DNA of 64,000 nucleotides from Bacilli bacterium (GTDB lineage Bacteria; Bacillota_I; Bacilli_A; RF39; UBA660): NCBI GenBank assembly GCA_017442305.1, contig JAFRZY010000006.1, positions 41,538 to 105,537 of the forward strand, read 5' to 3'. Shown piece by piece: positions 55,592 to 64,000 of this stretch (position 1 is its first letter; each line of letters starts with the position of its first letter). The notes under the pieces were generated by a model. It saw only the letters and a program-made list of their open reading frames with translations, ran no database searches and was not told where the DNA came from. The position numbers and the translations under genes were made by a program.

Positions 55592-58204
55592 TTATACTCC
55601 TTTTTTTAAATGTTTTTTTCTTAAATATATTTTTCTAACCCAGTCTACTGGTATAACAGTAAAAGCAATTATTAAAACAAGTGCAAATTCACGAGCTGTA
55701 AGTCCATACGTTCTAAAAAGTGTACCGCCAAAATATATTAAATATATTTGAACAACTACAATAAACGCTATAACAAAGATAAACACTTTATTTTTTTTAA
55801 GATTAGCTAATATATTAATTCTTTCTGAACGAGCATTAAAAGAATTAAATATTCCAATGAATATAAATAAAGCAAAATACGCTGTCATTAAATAAGCATT
55901 ATTAACATCAAATCTTATAAACTCCTTAATTATAGGAGATTTTAAAAAGAAAATACATAGTAAAGCTGAATATAAACCGGTGCATATTATCTCGCCATAC
56001 ATATAAGAATTGATAATCGGTTCATTCTTATCTTTGGGAGGTTCATACATGTAATCGTTTAAAGGTGGTTCAAAAGAAAAAGCTAAACCAGCAAAAGTGT
56101 CCATTATCATATTTAACCATAACATTTGAATTATAGTTATTGGTGTATCAATTCCAATAAAAGGACCGATTATCGATAAAACTAAAGCACACATGTTAGT
56201 TGTTAATTGATAAATTATAAACTTTCGAATACTTTTAAACGTTGTTCTACCAAATAGTATTGCTTTACTAATAGATAAAATATTATCATCTAAAATAACT
56301 ATATCAGCAGCTTCTTTGGCAACTTCTGTACCACTTCCCATTGCAAAACCGACATTAGCTTTTTTTAGGGCCGGAGCATCATTAACTCCATCACCAGTCA
56401 TCCCCACTATTAAATTCATATTTTCTAAAATTTTAACTAATCTACTTTTATCTTGCGGCAAAGCCCTAGCAACTACCTTTAAGTTCATAACAAACTTTTC
56501 TATTTCTTCATCTGTATATTTATTTAATTCTTCACTAGATAGTATTATGTCTTTTTTATCATTTATTAAACCTACTTCTTTAGCAATACTTGTAGCCGTA
56601 TCTTTAGCATCACCAGTAATCATAATTGTATGAATTCCTGCGCTTCTGATTAAGCTAATACCTTCTTTAGCTTCCTCACGTAATTCATCCTTAATAACTA
56701 AAAAGCCAATAAAAGTAAGATTTTCTAAAGAAGTGTTTTTATCATTACAAGCTAAAATAATAACGCGACTCCCCGTTTTAGTAATTGCCTCTATTTTTTT
56801 TAAACAATTATTTTTATTTAAAAACAAACTTTTATCACCATTATTATTTATAAAATGAGTACATTTTGGCATTAGTTTTTCGGCAGCACCTTTAATATAA
56901 GTTATCTTATTACCATTATCTATGGTAACTGTACTATACTTATTTTTACTATCAAATGGTAAAGCATTAATTATTTTGACTTGACTTGCTTGTTTTTTTA
57001 CAAATTTTAAAAGTGCCCTATCAGTAGAATTTCCCCCAATTATCTCGCCTTTATGATTATACATACTGCTATTGTTATAAACTAATGATTCATACACAAC
57101 TTTATGTAACTTAGGAAAAGCTTTTAAACTTAATTCGTTTTTAAACGCCACCAAATTTGCGCTTACAAATTCCGTTACTTCTAGTTTACCTTTAGTTAAA
57201 GTACCAGTCTTATCTGTAAGCAATACATTTAAACTACCGGCAGTTTCAATCCCAACCAATTTTCTTACTAAAACATTATTTTTAAGCATGCGCTTCATAT
57301 TACTTGATAACACCAATGTAATCATCATTGGTAAGCCTTCAGGTACTGCAACCACTATAATAGTAACGCTAAGAGTTAAAGCATATATTATGTGATTAGC
57401 CATAGTATGAAAATCTGTAATAGTTGATATGATTAAATCAAGATTAAAATCATTTTTTATAACTATTACAGAAAATAAATAAGAGAGTGTAACCAAAATT
57501 GCCCCAATATAGCCTAATCTACTTATAACATTTGCTAAACCTCTTAATCTTAGTTTTAGAGGACTTACCGGTTCTTTTTCTTGAACTTCACGAGCTAAAG
57601 CACCATATATAGTTTTATCTCCTACACTGGTTACTACCATTTTACCTTCTTTAGAATAAACAACTGAGCCTCGAAAAACTTGATTCTCTTTTTTAGGAGA
57701 ACTGGAGACAATTAATACACTTGTTTTAGTTACTTCTTTAGTCTCACCATTTAAAGCAGATTCATCTACTGTTATTACCCCTTCTATTAAATAACCATCA
57801 GCGGGGATTCTATCACCGCTTGCAAGAATTACAATATCATTGGTAACAACATCATCTATATTTATTTCCACAACTTTTCCATTTCGTAATACTTTTACTC
57901 TTATCTTAGATGATTCTTCTTGTAAACGCGCAAAAGCTGCTTCACTACCATATTCTGATAAAGAAGAAATAAATGATGCTAAAAATATAGCTATTAAAAT
58001 ACCAATTGTTTCATACCAATCAAAGTCTTTAAATAGAAATAAAACTTTAATAGCTAATGCAATTAAAAGAATTCTAATAATAGGATCACCTAACGACTCT
58101 AAAAGCAATTTAAAAAAGCCATTACGCTTCACTTGAGTAATTTTGTTTGTTCCATTTAGTTTTCGTTCCACATTTACTTCTTCATCAGTTAATCCGTTTT
58201 TCAT
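55592..58204 (-). CDS. P-type ATPase, calcium-transporting (PMCA/SERCA-like)
   Basis: DKTGTLT phosphorylation site, TGDGVNDAPALKKA hinge, 10 TMs, 870 aa. Confidence 0.9.
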   Translation of the reverse strand: MKNGLTDEEVNVERKLNGTNKITQVKRNGFFKLLLESLGDPIIRILLIALAIKVLFLFKDFDWYETIGILIAIFLASFISSLSEYGSEAAFARLQEESSKIRVKVLRNGKVVEINIDDVVTNDIVILASGDRIPADGYLIEGVITVDESALNGETKEVTKTSVLIVSSSPKKENQVFRGSVVYSKEGKMVVTSVGDKTIYGALAREVQEKEPVSPLKLRLRGLANVISRLGYIGAILVTLSYLFSVIVIKNDFNLDLIISTITDFHTMANHIIYALTLSVTIIVVAVPEGLPMMITLVLSSNMKRMLKNNVLVRKLVGIETAGSLNVLLTDKTGTLTKGKLEVTEFVSANLVAFKNELSLKAFPKLHKVVYESLVYNNSSMYNHKGEIIGGNSTDRALLKFVKKQASQVKIINALPFDSKNKYSTVTIDNGNKITYIKGAAEKLMPKCTHFINNNGDKSLFLNKNNCLKKIEAITKTGSRVIILACNDKNTSLENLTFIGFLVIKDELREEAKEGISLIRSAGIHTIMITGDAKDTATSIAKEVGLINDKKDIILSSEELNKYTDEEIEKFVMNLKVVARALPQDKSRLVKILENMNLIVGMTGDGVNDAPALKKANVGFAMGSGTEVAKEAADIVILDDNILSISKAILFGRTTFKSIRKFIIYQLTTNMCALVLSIIGPFIGIDTPITIIQMLWLNMIMDTFAGLAFSFEPPLNDYMYEPPKDKNEPIINSYMYGEIICTGLYSALLCIFFLKSPIIKEFIRFDVNNAYLMTAYFALFIFIGIFNSFNARSERINILANLKKNKVFIFVIAFIVVVQIYLIYFGGTLFRTYGLTAREFALVLIIAFTVIPVDWVRKIYLRKKHLKKGV

Positions 58205-58277
58205 CTCTGCTTGTCCTCCTAAAAAATTATATGAGACAAGCTATAAAATTAACACAAAAAAAGATAGCTGATGCTAT

Positions 58278-60581
58278 CTATTCAGTTCTAAGGGCAATTA
58301 CCGGATCTTTTTTACTAGCCATTTTAGCAGGCAACCAACCACCTATTAATGTAAGGATTACGCTTATGGTTATTAAAATAAGAGCATGAATCGGATTTAA
58401 AATTGCAACATTCTCTAAATTAGTTAAATTAAGTAATAAAGCATTTACCGGAAATAATAGTAGTCTCGCAATTAAAATACCTAATAAACCAGATGCAACA
58501 CCTATTATAAAAGTTTCAGCATTAAATACTCGAGAAATATCTCTTTTTCGAGCACCCAAACTTCTTAAAATACCAATTTCTTTAGTCCTTTCTAAAACTG
58601 ATATATACATAATAATACCTATCATTATAGAAGATACTACTAATGAGATACCAGAAAACGCAACTAAAACTATTGTTATAGCGTCCATAATATCACTAGA
58701 TAAAGAAGACATTATTTCTGCTTGATCTGTATAAACAATTTTGTCTTCAATATCTTTATCTTCGTTAAATTTATCTAAATAATTAATAACTTCTTCTTTA
58801 GCTTCAAAATCTCGAGGATAAAGCGCAATATAATAAGGAGATGATTCTTTTCCTAAATGTGCTAAAGTTGATTCATATAACATTTTACTTTCCGGGTTAT
58901 TGAAATCATATGGTTCACCGGTTAAAACGTTGTACTCACTCTTTTGTTGCTTTTTAACAATATCAGAATCCTTATTTTCATCAATTACATATTCAAGTAA
59001 ATCTTCGGTATATGCTAAACCTGAGGCAGCAATATAACTAGGAAAATCTTCTTTTAATCGAATAATTCCAACCACTTCTAAAGATTCAGAATTATTATAC
59101 AATTTATTTAAATCCGTGTTAATTGAAAAATAAGAGCCATTATTAACATAGTAATCATTATTTAATACAAGTTTGATTTCAGAACCGATTATATCTTTAA
59201 AAGCAACTTTATCTTTACTTTCTAATCCTAAAGCTTTTATTACGTTTAAAGATACATGATTTTTACTATCGACTATTAAAACTAATTCATTATAAGCTTT
59301 AGCTTCTCTACCAGCTAAAACATCATATCTTTCTTCAATTACTGTTTTCTTATCCTCATCCAAACTTTTAGGAATGCTGCTTATATTTAACTTAGAATTA
59401 TCTAATATTGTGATCTTATTATCTATCTTATTAACTAAATTTAAGCCAGTATAACGCATGTATGAAATACCTGAAACAAATTCTGAATCAGCACTTTCTA
59501 AATATTTGATAAAATCTTCGGTAATATTATTTTTATGAATAACCGTTTCAATTATTTCTTCTTCTGGAATTACATAATCTATATCTTGATATGTATCATC
59601 AGTATTTGATACTTCGTTTTGTAATTCCATCATAGTCTCTTCATCTAAATTCATTGATTGCTCACTTATAATAATAGGCATACTAGATAAAGTATTTCTT
59701 TCAAATGTATCAATTTGCTTATCAAAACCATTTGATAAACTTAATATCAACGCGATTCCAATAATACCGATCGATGAAGCAAAAGCAGTTAACAAGGTTC
59801 TTCCTTTTTTAGTACGAATATTATTAAGCGACAACTTTAATGCTGTTAAGAAACTCATAGCAGTTTTTTTTATATTATAAGTTGCCTCGTTTTTTTCACT
59901 TTTTTCAATCGGGTTAGAATCTTCGGTAATTTTACCATCTTTCATCGAAATAATTCTAGTTGAATATTCTTTAGCTAATTCCGGATTATGAGTAACCATA
60001 ATTACCAATTTGTCTTTAGCTATTTCTTTTATAAGTTCCATTATTTGAACACTTGTTTTAGAATCTAGAGCCCCCGTCGGTTCATCAGCCAAAATTATAT
60101 CAGGATCATTAGCTAAAGCTCTGGCAATAGCAACCCTTTGCATTTGTCCACCAGAAAGTTGATTTGGTTTTTTGTGTGCGTGTTCTAAAAGCCCAACTTT
60201 TTTTAAAACCTCTAAAGCTTTTTTTCGACGCACTTTAGATGATATTCCGCTTAAAGTCATACCCATTTCAACATTTTCTAAAACATTAATGTGTGAAATT
60301 AAATTATAGTTTTGAAAAACAAATCCAATACAATTATTACGGTATGCATCCCAATCTGTTGCCTTAAATTTTTTTGTTGATTTATTGTTTATAACTAAAT
60401 CTCCTGAGTCATATCTATCAAGACCACCGATTATATTTAAAAGTGTTGTTTTACCACTTCCGCTAGGTCCTAATATAGCTACAAATTCATTTTGTCTAAA
60501 CTCTAAAGAAACATCTTTTAAAGCATTTTGTGTAAAATCACCAGTTGTATAACTTTTATTTATCTTTTTTAATTTTAGCAT
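58278..60581 (-). CDS. MacB-like fused ABC transporter (ATPase plus FtsX-type permease)
   Basis: Walker [10 protein letters not shown], signature [15 protein letters not shown], Walker [13 protein letters not shown]-terminal 4-TM FtsX-like domain with large periplasmic loop. Confidence 0.85.
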   Translation of the reverse strand: MLKLKKINKSYTTGDFTQNALKDVSLEFRQNEFVAILGPSGSGKTTLLNIIGGLDRYDSGDLVINNKSTKKFKATDWDAYRNNCIGFVFQNYNLISHINVLENVEMGMTLSGISSKVRRKKALEVLKKVGLLEHAHKKPNQLSGGQMQRVAIARALANDPDIILADEPTGALDSKTSVQIMELIKEIAKDKLVIMVTHNPELAKEYSTRIISMKDGKITEDSNPIEKSEKNEATYNIKKTAMSFLTALKLSLNNIRTKKGRTLLTAFASSIGIIGIALILSLSNGFDKQIDTFERNTLSSMPIIISEQSMNLDEETMMELQNEVSNTDDTYQDIDYVIPEEEIIETVIHKNNITEDFIKYLESADSEFVSGISYMRYTGLNLVNKIDNKITILDNSKLNISSIPKSLDEDKKTVIEERYDVLAGREAKAYNELVLIVDSKNHVSLNVIKALGLESKDKVAFKDIIGSEIKLVLNNDYYVNNGSYFSINTDLNKLYNNSESLEVVGIIRLKEDFPSYIAASGLAYTEDLLEYVIDENKDSDIVKKQQKSEYNVLTGEPYDFNNPESKMLYESTLAHLGKESSPYYIALYPRDFEAKEEVINYLDKFNEDKDIEDKIVYTDQAEIMSSLSSDIMDAITIVLVAFSGISLVVSSIMIGIIMYISVLERTKEIGILRSLGARKRDISRVFNAETFIIGVASGLLGILIARLLLFPVNALLLNLTNLENVAILNPIHALILITISVILTLIGGWLPAKMASKKDPVIALRTE

Positions 60582-60702
60582 TTTTTATCTCCTTTTTCTA
60601 ACTCAATAAGCCACCCACACTATTTGTTAGATAATAAATATTATAGTACTATTTAGTTAAGTGGTCAAATTAAAAAGATTACCAAAAAGTTTATTATTAC
60701 TT

Positions 60703-62844
60703 TTAATTAATTTGAAAATTTTGATATTTTGCAATAATATTTTTAACATTTCGCAAACCATACTTTTCAAATTCTGATTCAGCTATTATTTTTTCGATAT
60801 TTAAATTATTATCTAAATTTAATTTTTTGAGATATTCTCGAACTGCAGCCTCATCAATATTAACAAATTCAATTACATCGTTAAATCGGCCAATTATTTC
60901 TTTCGTAAGGATTTCTTCAATATTATTATTGCTACTGTTACTAAATCCCATTTTGATATTATTAACTACATTTGATGTCATAAATATACAAGTATTTTCA
61001 AAATATATTTTCTCACCTTTGGAATCTGTAATAAATCCTTCATCCAATATTTGTAAAAATAAATTTAAAACTTTAGGATGAGCTTTTTCAATTTCATCTA
61101 CTAAGATGATTGAATAAGGATTTAATTTTACTTGTTTAAAAACACATTCATCATCATAGCCAATATAACCCGCACTAGTACCTATTAACTTATTAACTGA
61201 GGTTTCCAAATTATATTCACTCATATCTAAACGAATAAGTTTGCTTTTCTTAGATAAAGATTGGGCAATTACTTTTACAGTTTCAGTTTTTCCAACCCCA
61301 GTTGGTCCTACCAACAGAAGAGATAAAGGTTTATTGGTACCATTTAATTTTACTTTTAAATTACTAAGTATTTTTTTAATAGCTGCTTTTTGACCTATGA
61401 TATTTTTGTTTAAATTATTTTTTATTGCATTAAAAATGAGCTCTTTATCTTCTAATATTGGAATATTACTTTTATTTTCAATGACTTTTAATATATCTTC
61501 TTTAGTTATTATTAAACATCTATTTTTTATAATATTTTCAATTTTATCTTTTAATTTAATTTCTTCTTTTCTTAAAGTTAAGGCTTTATCAAAATCATTT
61601 AACAAAACACACTTTTCTTTTTCTTTAGTAATATTATCTAATTTGATTTTTAATTTATTTATTAAAGTAATCTCTTTAGTTTTGTTTTTGACTTTAGCAC
61701 ATACAGTATCCAAAAGATCTATTGCTTTATCTGGATTGTTTTTATTGTGAATATATTTATTTGATAATGAAACTATATCATTTATATTTTCTTCACTAAT
61801 TGTAATATTATGATGATTTTCATATTCAGTTTTGATATTTCGGATAATTTCCTTAGTCTCATCTGCATCAGGTTCTTCTATAAAGATGTATTCAAATCGT
61901 CTTTCTAAAGCCTTATCTTTTGCAATAAACTTATTATATTCCTCAACCGTTGTTGCTCCAATACATTTTATATCGCCTCTAGCTAAATACGGTTTTAATA
62001 TATCACTAGCATTTATAGCACCTTCTGCTCCACCAGCATTAACCATCGTATGAATTTCATCGATAAACAAAATAATATTCTTTTCATTAATTATTTCTTT
62101 TATTATTTTAGTAAGTTTTTCTTCAAACTCCCCACGATATTTTGTGCCCGCTACTAAAGAACCCATTTCTAACGAAATAATTTTTTTATCCTGTAATTCT
62201 TCTGGAACATTTTTATTAATTATCATTCTTGTAAGCTCTTCTATAATAGCAGTTTTACCCACTCCTGCTTTACCAACCAACAAAGGATTATTTTTCTTTT
62301 TTCGCAAAAGAGTTTCAATTATAATTTCTATTTCATTATTGCGACCTACTACTGATTCACTTAATGATACATATTCGTTTAGCAGTGTTCCAATTTCATA
62401 TATTTCTAATTTACTTTTATGTACATTACTATGATGTAATTCCTTATATAAACCATCCAAATCAACGTCCATACCAACTAACAACCGAATTGCAATTCCC
62501 TCTCCTTCTTCAAGCATTGCAAGTAATAAATGATTAATGGTTACTAATCCATTATTATTTTCTTTAGCATCATCTAAAGCATTTAAAATTACCCTTTTTA
62601 ATAAAGGGGTATAAAGGTTTAATTCGCTTCCTTTAGTTGCACTGCCTACAACTTTTATTAGTTCTTTTCTAAATTTATCATAGGTTAAATTATATTGCTT
62701 TAAAGTATCTACAACCTGATCTTTTGATTTAAGTATTGCAAGTAATAAGTGTTCACTTCCTACATAAGGATGTTTTAATATAAATCTTTCTTCTTCTGCT
62801 TCTTTAAATAGTTTTGTTATTTCTAATCCAAAATTTTCAAACAT
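60703..62844 (-). CDS. Clp/Hsp100 ATPase (ClpC/ClpE-like: Clp_N, D1, D2)
   Basis: Clp_N repeat (SEHLLLAILK). D1 Walker A GKAGVGKTAIIE. D2 Walker A GPTGVGKTE. MGF tripeptide candidate ClpP-docking loop. Confidence 0.9.
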   Translation of the reverse strand: MFENFGLEITKLFKEAEEERFILKHPYVGSEHLLLAILKSKDQVVDTLKQYNLTYDKFRKELIKVVGSATKGSELNLYTPLLKRVILNALDDAKENNNGLVTINHLLLAMLEEGEGIAIRLLVGMDVDLDGLYKELHHSNVHKSKLEIYEIGTLLNEYVSLSESVVGRNNEIEIIIETLLRKKKNNPLLVGKAGVGKTAIIEELTRMIINKNVPEELQDKKIISLEMGSLVAGTKYRGEFEEKLTKIIKEIINEKNIILFIDEIHTMVNAGGAEGAINASDILKPYLARGDIKCIGATTVEEYNKFIAKDKALERRFEYIFIEEPDADETKEIIRNIKTEYENHHNITISEENINDIVSLSNKYIHNKNNPDKAIDLLDTVCAKVKNKTKEITLINKLKIKLDNITKEKEKCVLLNDFDKALTLRKEEIKLKDKIENIIKNRCLIITKEDILKVIENKSNIPILEDKELIFNAIKNNLNKNIIGQKAAIKKILSNLKVKLNGTNKPLSLLLVGPTGVGKTETVKVIAQSLSKKSKLIRLDMSEYNLETSVNKLIGTSAGYIGYDDECVFKQVKLNPYSIILVDEIEKAHPKVLNLFLQILDEGFITDSKGEKIYFENTCIFMTSNVVNNIKMGFSNSSNNNIEEILTKEIIGRFNDVIEFVNIDEAAVREYLKKLNLDNNLNIEKIIAESEFEKYGLRNVKNIIAKYQNFQIN

Positions 62845-62924
62845 AGAATCCTCCTTTTTAATTCTATGTTAGTTATGTATTTTTAATTATAATTTTATAC
62901 AAAAAAATAGTTAACATTTGTTAA

Positions 62925-64000
62925 CTATTCTATTACAATTTCATATGGTGAGTTTGTATCTATTCTTCCGTTACCAGTAAATGTTACATTACCTTTTAAG
63001 TTAATAACTGGGCGAACACCTAAAGATTCAAATGCAGCCGATGTACTAATTAAAGTACCCCTTAAAAGCCAAGCATTTGCGGTTCCGTCATTACAGCTAC
63101 TAGGTGAGGAAGTCCAATAACTTTCACCACTATACAAATAATGTGTCTCCCAACCATCTATTGCTCCGGCAAACACAATCTCATCTGCAGTTAATAATCC
63201 TACCGGATTATTTAATAAACCATTACCTTTCTTTTCGCTTGTTGTATATCTATCACTTTTGTTTGTACATTTCAATTCAGGACTTTTGACTTCTACTCTC
63301 CATGTAGGACCATAGTTTATACCTACTGATACAGCTAGCGCTGGATTGTCAATTAAATCAAAGTTATAATCATAATAATCATAACTTTGTATTTCACGAT
63401 CATTACAAAAGATACCATCTGCTATATATTTTTCGTAGTTTTCTTTTAGATTAGCTTCATACCAGTCATCTACTACACCTTTAATTGTACTATCTGTTTC
63501 AACACCATTTACATCATATGTATATCCTACATATTTAGTATCATCTGCATCTCCATTATACGCGGTACTCGCAATGGATGCTGTATGTGCTACTCCATTA
63601 GCTATCGGACTTGTTCCATCATAAATCATACGAATGGTTCCGTCGCCATTAATTCTGATGATTCGCCAATACATTGAATCATTATTTGAATTAAAACCAA
63701 ATTTTACATAATTATTCGTAGACCCTCCTCTAAAATAGTAAGAAGTTCCTAAATCATCTTCGGCTTTATATAAATTAGTATTTGCCTCATGAGCTGATGT
63801 ATCAAAATTTGGAGTGGTTTCAACTATGGTACTATTAGCTATAATTGCTTTAGCAAGAGCTCCTAGTTCATTAAAATACATTGTGCATTTTTCTTTTCCG
63901 TTTAATCCTTCAATTTCTGCTTTGCCATTAACATAATTTATAGTTGCGCCATTTACACAATAACTCTTTTCCAAATCAAAAACATAACCTTCTGTTGGTA
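62925..64000 (-). CDS. paralog of the TasA-like secreted protein (C-terminal conserved domain; N-terminus beyond window end)
   Basis: The track start is a TTG. The frame stays open upstream to the window edge (..PTEGYVFDLEKSYCV..). Shares YYFRGG..NNYVKF..WRIIRINGDGTIRMIYDGT..GIFCNDREI..LKCTNKSDRYT..GLLTADE..RPVINLK..PYEIV with 11201-13090. Confidence 0.6.
   Translation of the reverse strand, partial: PTEGYVFDLEKSYCVNGATINYVNGKAEIEGLNGKEKCTMYFNELGALAKAIIANSTIVETTPNFDTSAHEANTNLYKAEDDLGTSYYFRGGSTNNYVKFGFNSNNDSMYWRIIRINGDGTIRMIYDGTSPIANGVAHTASIASTAYNGDADDTKYVGYTYDVNGVETDSTIKGVVDDWYEANLKENYEKYIADGIFCNDREIQSYDYYDYNFDLIDNPALAVSVGINYGPTWRVEVKSPELKCTNKSDRYTTSEKKGNGLLNNPVGLLTADEIVFAGAIDGWETHYLYSGESYWTSSPSSCNDGTANAWLLRGTLISTSAAFESLGVRPVINLKGNVTFTGNGRIDTNSPYEIVIE

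Noticed and set aside
1-64000. CRISPR arrays, rRNA genes, IS elements, transposases or integrases
   Set aside because: No regularly spaced repeat-spacer arrays and no rRNA-like segments were seen. None of the ORFs has transposase or integrase hallmarks (DDE, tyrosine-recombinase R-H-R-Y). The 30-bp direct repeats at 34331/35849 are the only repeat-bounded unit, and no recombinase is associated with them.
1-64000. Alternative genetic code (UGA=Trp, as in Mollicutes) suggested by the very low GC
   Set aside because: All conserved genes (pnp, infB, nusA, ftsK, P-type ATPase and others) are full-length and collinear with homologs under table 11. The presence of sporulation genes argues for a Clostridia-type Firmicute.

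Overview
This is an AT-rich (roughly 27-28% GC by eye) chromosomal window from a spore-forming low-GC Firmicute, probably Clostridia- or Erysipelotrichia-like. The standard genetic code (table 11) fits: all long ORFs read through cleanly. No rRNA genes, CRISPR array, transposase or integrase were seen.

Core content, mostly on the minus strand:
- Translation/RNA operons: rimP-nusA-(novel ORF)-ylxR-infB-rbfA-truB, and rpsO-pnp.
- Chromosome and division: scpA-scpB; ftsK/spoIIIE; trmL.
- Sporulation: a dacF-like DD-carboxypeptidase, an LCP protein, spoIIAA-like and sigF-like genes, then spoVAC-spoVAD-spoVAEB behind a sigma-G-type promoter; spoVS; cotJ(A-B fusion)-cotJC; two CotF-like coat genes.
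- Other housekeeping: an RNase J-family protein, SufB, an SsbB-like SSB, a Nudix hydrolase, a Ca-type P-type ATPase, a MacB-like ABC transporter and a Clp ATPase.
- Three tRNAs (His-GTG, Asn-GTT, Leu-CAA), each with its own promoter and terminator.

Unusual or accessory content flagged for follow-up:
1. A candidate type I toxin-antitoxin locus at 38.49-38.84 kb. It encodes a 29-aa hydrophobic peptide with a strong RBS. The mRNA 5' and 3' ends are complementary (hok-like fold-back), and a convergent antisense promoter sits downstream.
2. A 5-gene operon (putative HipA-like kinase domain membrane protein, a 209-aa unknown, a histidine phosphatase, a HIT hydrolase and a Zn-hydrolase-like protein). 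It sits where ribF normally lies, between truB and rpsO.
3. Two paralogous large secreted proteins (11201-13090, and 62925 to beyond the window end) with a TasA/camelysin-like signal region and a shared ~300-aa C-terminal domain. The first has two candidate promoters: one carries a G8 homopolymer in its spacer (phase-variation candidate); the other has a 7-N7-7 palindrome over its -35.
4. spoIIAA-like and sigF-like genes are adjacent with no spoIIAB anti-sigma kinase between them.
5. The RNase J homolog has degenerate catalytic motifs.
6. A 3-gene cassette is bounded by 30-bp direct repeats that duplicate the pnp 3' end and terminator.
7. A Cys-rich ORF replaces ylxQ inside the nusA-infB operon.
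8. A Clp-D1-like AAA ATPase, standalone and lacking the pore-loop Tyr, is translationally coupled to a DapB-fold dehydrogenase.
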